Virus record (IMG/VR): IMGVR_UViG_3300048592_000611
Coordinates: 1 to 39,985 of that record
Direction: 5' to 3' (one strand)
DNA length: 39,985 nt
Origin: a virus
Lineage: Duplodnaviria > Caudoviricetes
Part shown: piece by piece, positions 16,085-23,781 of the stretch
How positions within the stretch are numbered: the first letter of the stretch is position 1
How the letters are laid out: each line of letters starts with the position of its first letter
Notes under the pieces: generated by a model
Told to the model about the DNA's origin: nothing
The model's input: the letters and a program-made list of their open reading frames with translations, nothing else
Databases searched by the model: none
Translations under genes and position numbers: made by a program

Positions 16085-16346
16085 ATCGTTTTACCCCCCT
16101 TTCACCTGATTCAAGTTCCGTTATAATTCCCTGCCCCAGCAGTTCCTGTATAGCAGAAAAAACGGTGCTCTTTGTAATTCCTGTTTTCTTTACGATAAAG
16201 GATAAAGAAAATTCATAATTTCCGTTACTGTTTTCTTTTGTTATCAGTGCCAGGATTTTCAACTCATTCCCGGTAAACTGAGTCAAATTATCCAAAATAT
16301 AATTCGGGAATTTTGTCCAGTTTTCACTGGGTGTTTCTATTGCCAT
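16068..16346 (-). CDS. HTH protein resembling replication protein O N-terminus
   Basis: WTKFPNYILD..LKIL...SLSFI.KKTGI.K.TV..AI.EL. Confidence 0.7.
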   Translation of the reverse strand: MAIETPSENWTKFPNYILDNLTQFTGNELKILALITKENSNGNYEFSLSFIVKKTGITKSTVFSAIQELLGQGIITELESGERGVKRYATNL

Positions 16347-16356
16347 GTTCACCTCA

Positions 16357-16521
16357 TTAATCCATCTTGTCTGCCGGGAATTGCCGCATATAATAATCAG
16401 CAGCCCGCTTCAGGAAGGTTTTCAGTGTCCAGCCTTTGCCCCGGCAATAAGCCCACAGCCCAGCCCGGTAGTTTTCCGTTTCAAAAAAAGCAATAATTTT
16501 ATTCTTTTTCCCCTCTGCCAT
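16357..16521 (-). CDS. Small RHH-like regulator
   Basis: Manual translation MAEGKKNKIIAFFETENYRAGLWAYCRGKGWTLKTFLKRAADYYMRQFPADKMD*; AAGGAG RBS. Confidence 0.6.
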   Translation of the reverse strand: MAEGKKNKIIAFFETENYRAGLWAYCRGKGWTLKTFLKRAADYYMRQFPADKMD

Positions 16522-16555
16522 TTCAGTCTCCTTTATGTTTTGATGTTATCATTGA

Positions 16556-16584
16556 TTTATATCATTTTAGAATATAATAGTCAA
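16556..16584 (-). promoter_or_regulatory. sigma70 promoter of replication operon
   Basis: TTGACT-N17-TATAAA with extended TG. Confidence 0.65.
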
Positions 16585-16601
16585 TATTTTTTTATATTAA
16601 A

Positions 16602-16928
16602 TCAAAACAGCAACCTGTCCCGCAGGCCGAGGCCGTCCACGACCTCGTCAACGGATTGAGCAAAAAAGGCAATCCCGCCATTGGCCCGGATTGCCTCCAA
16701 AAAATCAGACTGCTGCTTATGATGTATCCATGCCTTTGTCCCCTGCTTTGGTGGTGTCCAGCCAGGGCGTTTCATCTCAATGGCAAACATTCTGCCATCG
16801 ATAATACCGAGGATGTCAGATACACCCTTCGGCTGGCTCATCGGCCCCTGCCATTGCTTCCAGTGGAAGATCCGCAGGGTTTTCAGGATGGCACGGACTG
16901 AATTTGTCAAGTCGGTCTCGGTATCCAT
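16602..16928 (-). CDS. VRR-NUC domain nuclease
   Basis: GVSDI...FAIEMK...Q..FL..I...GG motif. Confidence 0.9.
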   Translation of the reverse strand: MDTETDLTNSVRAILKTLRIFHWKQWQGPMSQPKGVSDILGIIDGRMFAIEMKRPGWTPPKQGTKAWIHHKQQSDFLEAIRANGGIAFFAQSVDEVVDGLGLRDRLLF

Positions 16929-16967
16929 TTTTCCCCTTTCATGCCGGGCTTGCGCCCGGCTTTAAGA

Positions 16968-17723
16968 TTATGCGTTTTCCGGGTGTGATCCCGGCTCATC
17001 CGGATAATGTAATGATTCCTTTTCCGCTTTCTCGATCTCTTTCCGCTCCTTTTCATGGTTGCGGAGTGAAAGAAGAAACTTATGCGCTTTCTGCTCTGTG
17101 GGGTTGGCCATGCAAAATGCCTTCGCCTTTTCTTTTTCTTCAGCAGAAAAAACATGAGACTGAACACACATCAATATGGCATTCCGGGTGGCCGGGGTTG
17201 CCAGTTCAGACTTTGGTTCCATATGCACAGGTGCAGGCAATGACTGAGCATTCGGGATTGTGCTGATTTCAGTCTCGTCCAGCATTCCCAAACCGAGCAG
17301 ATCCAGTGTCGCTCTCCGTTTTGCCTTTGTCTCTGCCTTCATCATGGCATTGCAAAGCGGATCTCCCTTCAGATTTCCGATTGATACCGCACCAATGCTC
17401 TCTGTCATGCGTCCAGTCGGGAGGCTTGCCTGCGCCGTGACGATATAGCAGTCCTGTACGATCTCCCGTGCTGTAATGCGGTGAGAAACGCCGTGTATCC
17501 GATTGAGTTGCTGCGCGCCGCTCCGGTCGCAGTACAGCACTTCTTTGCCTGATAATTTCAGCAGTTTGAAGGGTTGCATCATCGGATCGAGACCGATTCG
17601 AGAGCAGATTTCACCATAATATTGGACTTTCTGACCGGGGTTAAGCCGGGAAAGGTCTCCGTTTAATACCAATGCACTGATTATTTCCTGATTTTCAGGA
17701 ATCATTACTGCTGTATTATTCAT
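16968..17723 (-). CDS. Putative single-strand annealing recombinase (RecT/Red-beta-like)
   Basis: GLDP..QPF, MMKAETKAKRRA.L...GLG.LDETE; context beside VRR-NUC and SSB. Confidence 0.65.
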   Translation of the reverse strand: MNNTAVMIPENQEIISALVLNGDLSRLNPGQKVQYYGEICSRIGLDPMMQPFKLLKLSGKEVLYCDRSGAQQLNRIHGVSHRITAREIVQDCYIVTAQASLPTGRMTESIGAVSIGNLKGDPLCNAMMKAETKAKRRATLDLLGLGMLDETEISTIPNAQSLPAPVHMEPKSELATPATRNAILMCVQSHVFSAEEKEKAKAFCMANPTEQKAHKFLLSLRNHEKERKEIEKAEKESLHYPDEPGSHPENA

Positions 17724-17768
17724 CTCTACCGCCTTTCTTGCCCCCGCAAGTGCAAGGGCTTCATATGA

Positions 17769-18107
17769 TTACTGGATTTCAGACAGATACTTTTCATATA
17801 AATTTAAAGAACGTTTCATCATTTCAATTTGTTCCTTGAACCATTCTTTCTGTCTTTCAAGTTCCGATCTGATGGGCATCAATGCCAATTTTGTCGGAAA
17901 TTTTTCCAATTCAGATTTTTGGCAATCCGGGCAGCAAACTCCGTCAACATTGATCCTGTCAACCTGCCATTTTGCCTGCTTAATCCATTCTTGAAAATCA
18001 ATGGATTTTCCATGCCTGATCGCTTTGATTTCAATCCGATCACCACATTTCCGGCAGACTGCATACTTATGCTCTGTCTGCCCGTGTTTCCCTTCTCTCC
18101 AGCCCAT
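17769..18107 (-). CDS. Zinc-finger/coiled-coil protein
   Basis: CRKC...CPDC. Confidence 0.6.
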   Translation of the reverse strand: MGWREGKHGQTEHKYAVCRKCGDRIEIKAIRHGKSIDFQEWIKQAKWQVDRINVDGVCCPDCQKSELEKFPTKLALMPIRSELERQKEWFKEQIEMMKRSLNLYEKYLSEIQ

Positions 18108-18142
18108 ATTTCCCTTTCTGCAGGGCTTTCACCCGGCTTGAA

Positions 18143-18352
18143 TTATATAGCCAAAACGGCCTCATGCGCCCGGAATATCCGTTCTTTCTGCCTGCCAGCG
18201 CAGAAAATAACAATATCGCACAGCTCATTCCCATGATTCCCGGAGGCAAGAACCTGCATTCGATTAAGGAACTGCAACTGGCTGGACACATCAACCGCAT
18301 CAACAGCCGCCCTTATGAATCTGTTTATTCTCCTGATTTCAGAAAGTTTCAT
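18143..18352 (-). CDS. Hypothetical protein
   Basis: Coupled (ATGA) with GGAGG RBS. Confidence 0.55.
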   Translation of the reverse strand: MKLSEIRRINRFIRAAVDAVDVSSQLQFLNRMQVLASGNHGNELCDIVIFCAGRQKERIFRAHEAVLAI

Positions 18353-18555
18353 TCAGACACCTCCCTGAAAAACAAATCAGGAGATTCATCAAAAGCGTTC
18401 AGTACGGCCAATATCCGTTCCGGGCTGGGTTTCTGCCCGCCTTTCCAATATAAGATCATCTGCCGGGATGAACCTATCAGCACTGCAAGATCAGAATCAG
18501 ATATGCCGTGCTTTTTTGTCAATTCCTGAACCCAGGAATTGTTAAATTTGTACAT
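18349..18555 (-). CDS. Cro/C1-type HTH regulator
   Basis: GISDSDLAVLIGSSRQMILYWKGG.KPS. Confidence 0.8.
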   Translation of the reverse strand: MYKFNNSWVQELTKKHGISDSDLAVLIGSSRQMILYWKGGQKPSPERILAVLNAFDESPDLFFREVSE

Positions 18556-18610
18556 GGTTTCAATTCCTTTCTGCCGGAGTACGAAGCCAGGCCTTTCGAC
18601 CGGGCGGTCA

Positions 18611-18787
18611 TTATTCTACTCCCTTGCCCTTGTATTGCGGGGGAGAATGCCGGTTTGCTTCCCTTTCGAGCGCAACCCCGGCCCAATATTTTTGGGCATT
18701 TTTATGTTTTTTTATAAAGGTTGTAAAACGTCCGCTCTTTTGAGCGGCTGAAATATATTTCCCTGATTTGTCATATACAAATAACAT
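18611..18787 (-). CDS. Hypothetical protein
   Basis: AAGGAG RBS before 18787. Confidence 0.55.
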   Translation of the reverse strand: MLFVYDKSGKYISAAQKSGRFTTFIKKHKNAQKYWAGVALEREANRHSPPQYKGKGVE

Positions 18788-19078
18788 TTTTTTCTCCTTT
18801 CCCGGTGTAAGCCCGCCGGGAGGCATAAGAAGAATTAAATTTGAGCAATCTCAATTCTCAGACCAGACAGATGCCTGAGAATATTATCGTCATGCAGTTT
18901 TTTTGCGGCTGCTTTTGCAGCCGCAAAATTTCCTGTAACTCTTTTTTCTGATTTCCAGCCAAATCGGCCGGAAACTGAAATTTTCCATACTTTTTTTGTC
19001 CGGCGACCTACCGGACGGCATTCCATTTTCATTTTTCACTCCTTTCTGCCGGTGTATGAGGCCCGCCGGAAGGCATAA
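18785..19078. repeat. Repeated ~45-bp intergenic unit (hairpin plus RBS) at 18785-18828 and 19030-19078; partial copy at ~18565
   Basis: CTCCTTTC..CCGGTGTA..GCCCGCCGG.AGGCATAA shared between copies. Confidence 0.7.
18835..19032 (-). CDS. Hypothetical basic protein
   Basis: AAGGAG RBS; flanked by the repeated unit. Confidence 0.6.
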   Translation of the reverse strand: MKMECRPVGRRTKKVWKISVSGRFGWKSEKRVTGNFAAAKAAAKKLHDDNILRHLSGLRIEIAQI

Positions 19079-19084
19079 AGAATT

Positions 19085-19246
19085 TTAATCACGCATCCAA
19101 CGTCCAGGTGCAAAATATGCCAAATCATCCAGCGCTTTCTGATGGTCGGATGATTTCAGAAAGCCTATTGCCCCATTTTCAATTTTATAATTGAGAGTCT
19201 TATGGAGTGTCACACCATCATATGTTTCAATGGTATACAGTTTCAA
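19085..19246 (-). CDS. Hypothetical 53-aa protein
   Basis: TTG start; KLYTIETYDGVTLHKTLNYKIENGAIGFL... Confidence 0.45.
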   Translation of the reverse strand: MKLYTIETYDGVTLHKTLNYKIENGAIGFLKSSDHQKALDDLAYFAPGRWMRD

Positions 19247-19437
19247 TCCCTTTCAGGGAATTCAAGAATTGTCGGAAGATTAAGAATTGAATTCAACAGC
19301 GCCCAGCGCCAGACACCCGATCATGCTTTTTCCTGATGGATCATAGACCATGTCTATGACTGTCCGGCAGCGGGGATCAGACGAAGCGGAGGCGTACATT
19401 GCAGACACAATGGCAATGTCACAGTCAGCCGGTCGGT

Positions 19438-19498
19438 TTGGGGTTATTCCCTTGCCATGATGTTTTCCCTTATAGCATATATCCTTTTCCCTTGTCAA
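19438..19498 (-). promoter_or_regulatory. sigma70 promoter plus conserved leader motif
   Basis: TTGACA(19498)-N18-TATAAG with TG; same GGCAAGGGAATAACCCCAA 12 nt after the -10 box as at 10239. Confidence 0.7.
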
Positions 19499-19562
19499 GA
19501 ATTTCTTTTTATCTTTTTATCTTTTTTTCTTAAATAATTCTTTACAAACATCTTTACATAAT

Positions 19563-19597
19563 AAAAAAAGGCAGTTACCTTTTTCAGATAACTGCCC
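19563..19597 (-). terminator. Rho-independent terminator of structural operon
   Basis: GGCAGTTA/TAACTGCC stem plus T7 on the minus strand. Confidence 0.8.
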
Positions 19598-19604
19598 TTA
19601 AAAA

Positions 19605-19620
19605 TGTTCCACGTGGAACA
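19605..19620. promoter_or_regulatory. parS: parS site 3
   Basis: Perfect TGTTCCACGTGGAACA between last tail gene and terminator. Confidence 0.85.
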
Positions 19621-19627
19621 ATCTATA

Positions 19628-20731
19628 TTAATACTCTTTCAGATATGTCTGAATGCCTGTTGTATTTATGATCCACTGAATTTCCCCCACCACAAAACTT
19701 TCCCCATTATAAGCTGCCCTGTACCCCGGTTTGATCCCAGTTATCAGCCCGGCCATATTGTACGTCCACTTTCCGCCCTGCTGATTCGGGCCCCGGAACG
19801 AAACACCGCTTATGTCCACTTCCTGATAATCCCATGTGTATGCGGAAACAATATTTTCACGCTCTGCATATAATGATACGGATTGAGACTGCGCACCGTA
19901 ACTTGGTGTTGCTGTTTTCATTGCAGGCTGGACAAATGTTAATTCATTCCAATCAGGCTCACCGTTGACCGTCTGATTTGAATACTCAAAAATCAAATAT
20001 GAAAAAGTTGACAATCCAGCAGTGATTTCAGAAAGTTTACCAAAACCAGGCACTGTGCCTGATAAAAACAGCCGGTATAAACATTTTTCAGAATCGTATC
20101 CATTTGTAAATGGATTGTCTGTACTTTCCCATGCCGGAAGTGTTTCGCCGTCTGAATTTTTCATTTCAATACGAAACTGGATATTGCAATTACTCAGCGG
20201 AATTACAGCGGAATTGTCCGCAATCATACACCTGAATTTTGTTTCATTGCGCACAGTGTCAGGGATAATATCACCGCCGACTGTCAACAGGCAGTCAATT
20301 TCATACAATTCGCAATACGGCTCCGCCTCCCCATAATTTGCAATAATCATGGCATAACAGCCGGACAAATCCCCTGATGTCCATTCACCAGTAACCGTTG
20401 CTGATATAATGCCTGATTCTTTGCTTATTCCTGATTCATAGCATATTTCATTATCATCAGCATCAAATAATCCGATATCCCATGTCTGCCATGAATTGTA
20501 TGAATAAATATACGCCCTTACTTCAATCTGTGTAATGATTTTTGACGTGCCCGGAGTTGACATCCAAAATTCGCATTGTGCATTACCGCTATAATATTCT
20601 GTATTTAAATAAGTATTCCAGTCTGGTGTATCCACGCCATGATTCAGCAAAGAATACAAAGCGTCAGCCGGTTCATCCTGATACCATGCACCTGCATCTT
20701 TATCAGCTATCGGAAGCATTAAAACTGCCAT
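19628..20731 (-). CDS. Putative tail/baseplate protein
   Basis: Last gene of tail module; acidic, beta-rich. Confidence 0.6.
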   Translation of the reverse strand: MAVLMLPIADKDAGAWYQDEPADALYSLLNHGVDTPDWNTYLNTEYYSGNAQCEFWMSTPGTSKIITQIEVRAYIYSYNSWQTWDIGLFDADDNEICYESGISKESGIISATVTGEWTSGDLSGCYAMIIANYGEAEPYCELYEIDCLLTVGGDIIPDTVRNETKFRCMIADNSAVIPLSNCNIQFRIEMKNSDGETLPAWESTDNPFTNGYDSEKCLYRLFLSGTVPGFGKLSEITAGLSTFSYLIFEYSNQTVNGEPDWNELTFVQPAMKTATPSYGAQSQSVSLYAERENIVSAYTWDYQEVDISGVSFRGPNQQGGKWTYNMAGLITGIKPGYRAAYNGESFVVGEIQWIINTTGIQTYLKEY

Positions 20732-20742
20732 TGGTTTTTATC

Positions 20743-23442
20743 CTATCTGTTAAATCCGAAATCACAGCACCAATATTTTGTGCCATCTGATGCAACTGCC
20801 AAAAAAATACCGAACTCTGTAAAATCAGAATTAATCATATTAGCATAATGTGGGGGGGAATTAATCCACGACTCAATAACTTCCGCAACCCCATCTGTTT
20901 TAATTGTTGACATTGTGCAATTTTCCCCACTGCCATATTCATTTGGCCCAATGAAATACCCGGCATCAGAAATACGGTCAAATGCTGTCGAACCGTCTGA
21001 TCCGGTATGACTGAAAAAATTATTTTCTGCCATATCATTTGCATGACGTTCTGCTGCGACTGCCAAAAGACCATTGGGACTTATCGGAGCGGAGCCAACA
21101 TCCGCCCTTACTGCATTTATAGCTTCCGCAAAGGCATCCCCTGCTATAAATTCAGGACCGCGGGCACTAATACCTGTGATTTCAGAGAAAAGGACTGTGC
21201 GGCCAGCTATTTCTGAAATTTTAGTTAAAATTTCAGATTTGACATCTGCACCATCCAAAGTCAGTATTTCTACGCCTTCCGATCTTGCGAATATCAGTTT
21301 ATGCTGATTAATCTGATTATTTTCCAATTCCTGTTTTGTGGATGACCACGCTGCATATGCTTTCCATCCTGGATTCTCAGGAGTTGAATACCAAAACTGA
21401 TTCATCATCATACCGGTATAGGCATTATCCCCTCGTGCGTATGTAATTATTTTTGCAGGAACAGAAAAAAGCTGTGTCCCGGCATCATCAGTAAGTTCAA
21501 AAAATCCATTATGTTCATAGGTTTCGCCAACTAAAGCTGCCATTGGATAAATATGATCCGGGCATAATGAAGACTCAAAATAATCCATTGTAATAACATT
21601 TGCATCATGATATGCTCTTTTGTCAGTTGAACAATAATCAACCTCTTCATACCCATCCCAAAAAGGCCAAATACCTGCATTAAAAAAAGCAGATGGCATA
21701 TCAGGATGAAGAAAGTGCATTGTCGGATGTATTGTTGTATTTTCAATATCAGGAGCAGGATGCGGAATATAAAAATTTGCTTTCAGACAAACAGAATATG
21801 GAGCCGCAAGATTACATTTCCAATATAGTTTTTGGCCATAACTGGCCGGATATTCTTTAACATTTTTAACCCTCTGATTAATTGTTTCTGTAACGTAAAA
21901 ATAAGAAAGTTTATCATTTATCACCTCTTCTCCGGTTACAACCCTTACCGCTGATGGTGCCAAATCTGTTGTTATTTTTCCCTGTGTTACAGAAAATGGC
22001 GGGATACTGATAGAAGAATCAGGATAATATGCAGGATAGTAATCTCTGCAAAAACCTCGCCATTTATGTAATGTGCTGGAAAATGAATTTGGCATTGATG
22101 CCGGAGTTCTTGAATACTCAGTTTGCACAAATTTTATATATTTTTCTGTTATTTCATCCCAAAAGTATTCTTTTCTGTAATATATTTGAGGATAATCCCA
22201 ATCATGCGGGGGGCCGTCTCCGCGGGAATACGGAGTTAAATCATATATTGCAAGATATTCTCCATCGAATACCGCTGGCATGCCTGAAATGACATCGCCT
22301 GATCTGCAATGGATATATATATTAGTGTCAATCCAATGATGAAGTCCGCCCATGCCTGCCCGTGTGCTTTCTCCAAAGGGATTTTCAGGAGCATCAATAG
22401 AACACCATGAATAATAGTTGTTAAAATTCCCCAAGTCCATTGGCTGTCTGCCATGCTGCCGCCAAATATTTTTATTGCAATCATAAAAGGAAAATGCGTA
22501 TGGTTCATTGCCATTCCATCTGGCCGCCATAGCACGCCCTGGTGCATTGTCAGGATGAACGCCAAAATCTGATATGATTTCGATCCCGTCATCTGTGATA
22601 TTCAGTGCATAAAGCGCGCTGTTCACAATAATACTGAATAAGGCTTCATTGATACAAGGTTTAGGATTATCCTTAAAACCTATTACTTTCGGCACGCCGT
22701 TCTGCCATTCGATTATAACATCATCTCCATTAACAAACGGTTTTGAATTGCAGTTCATGTATTCAATGGGAATGCCTGATAATTCCGTAACCTGATTCAC
22801 GTTGTAATTTTCAATCAAATACCTGTCATAAGCAGAATCAAGACTGACTGCGCAACGGTCAATATCATACATTATGGACGTTATTTTCCCATGCCTGTAC
22901 TGCGGTTTCCACTTCATAACAGCCGAATGAAAACACGCCTGCAAAAAATGATTAGCAGGGGAACTGGCCTTTGCGTGCTGTAATATGCCGTCACGTGCCG
23001 AATTGTAAACCGCTTTTCCGCTGTATCCTGGCCGGATCTGCCTGACAATGGTAGGACTGTAATATGTCACGCCCTGAAAGTCCTGCTCCGATGTGCCGGG
23101 GACATCTGATATACCGACATCCCCGCTCAGATCAAGCGTATAATCAGCACACCATGCCTGAATAACCTCCGGCTGTGCATTGACATAGGCAAGCAAATCA
23201 GTACGCTCATTCTGCAAATTAAGCAGTTTCAGTGAAAGATAGTTTTCCCGCTGTATCAGTGCCGGTTTTTCATCTTCGGATGCCCCGCTGATCTCCACTT
23301 CCAAATCAGAAATCATGGTCTGCGTTTCTGCAATCACAGTTTCCAGCACAGCGAGCCGTGCATTGATTCTGCCATACCTGCGGATCAGCTCAACGCTGTA
23401 TAATCCCTCACCGGAATGCGATATGATACGGCCTTTACTCAT
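20743..23442 (-). CDS. Tail tip protein with C-terminal CAP/SCP domain
   Basis: Downstream of tape measure; AERHANDM...FSHTGSDGS...GEN...WINSPPHYANM. Confidence 0.75.
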   Translation of the reverse strand: MSKGRIISHSGEGLYSVELIRRYGRINARLAVLETVIAETQTMISDLEVEISGASEDEKPALIQRENYLSLKLLNLQNERTDLLAYVNAQPEVIQAWCADYTLDLSGDVGISDVPGTSEQDFQGVTYYSPTIVRQIRPGYSGKAVYNSARDGILQHAKASSPANHFLQACFHSAVMKWKPQYRHGKITSIMYDIDRCAVSLDSAYDRYLIENYNVNQVTELSGIPIEYMNCNSKPFVNGDDVIIEWQNGVPKVIGFKDNPKPCINEALFSIIVNSALYALNITDDGIEIISDFGVHPDNAPGRAMAARWNGNEPYAFSFYDCNKNIWRQHGRQPMDLGNFNNYYSWCSIDAPENPFGESTRAGMGGLHHWIDTNIYIHCRSGDVISGMPAVFDGEYLAIYDLTPYSRGDGPPHDWDYPQIYYRKEYFWDEITEKYIKFVQTEYSRTPASMPNSFSSTLHKWRGFCRDYYPAYYPDSSISIPPFSVTQGKITTDLAPSAVRVVTGEEVINDKLSYFYVTETINQRVKNVKEYPASYGQKLYWKCNLAAPYSVCLKANFYIPHPAPDIENTTIHPTMHFLHPDMPSAFFNAGIWPFWDGYEEVDYCSTDKRAYHDANVITMDYFESSLCPDHIYPMAALVGETYEHNGFFELTDDAGTQLFSVPAKIITYARGDNAYTGMMMNQFWYSTPENPGWKAYAAWSSTKQELENNQINQHKLIFARSEGVEILTLDGADVKSEILTKISEIAGRTVLFSEITGISARGPEFIAGDAFAEAINAVRADVGSAPISPNGLLAVAAERHANDMAENNFFSHTGSDGSTAFDRISDAGYFIGPNEYGSGENCTMSTIKTDGVAEVIESWINSPPHYANMINSDFTEFGIFLAVASDGTKYWCCDFGFNR

Positions 23443-23781
23443 TCAGTTTCCGTCCGGCAAAAAGGTTATTGTCACGTTCCCGCCCTGTCCGGACACGCTC
23501 ACAATCATTCCCGCAAAACACCCATCCGGCCCCGCAAACACAAAATCTGTATAATCATTCCGCATGTTTTCAAGCTGTTTTCGCTCCGCACGTGTCAGCT
23601 TCGCATTGATGGTCAGCGTCCGATCCCCGTCTGTCTTGCCCAGGGAATACAGCACAACCCCGCCGTCAATGGTAGGCGTCCGCACCACCCGCTCCGGTGT
23701 TGTTTCCGTATCTGTTCCGGTCTCCGCCCTGATTATCAGCGGGGCATAACTGCTTATCAGTTTCGTTGTTATTGTCCACAT
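23443..23781 (-). CDS. Putative distal tail protein
   Basis: Immediately after tape measure; R..T.DGG motif. Confidence 0.55.
   Translation of the reverse strand: MWTITTKLISSYAPLIIRAETGTDTETTPERVVRTPTIDGGVVLYSLGKTDGDRTLTINAKLTRAERKQLENMRNDYTDFVFAGPDGCFAGMIVSVSGQGGNVTITFLPDGN

Noticed and set aside
19280-19498. 72-aa minus-strand ORF
   Set aside because: Its TTG start is the -35 hexamer of the promoter; better explained as promoter plus leader RNA.
19604-19873. Plus-strand ORF starting MFHVEQ
   Set aside because: MFHVEQ is just the translation of the parS palindrome, and the ORF is antisense to a tail gene.
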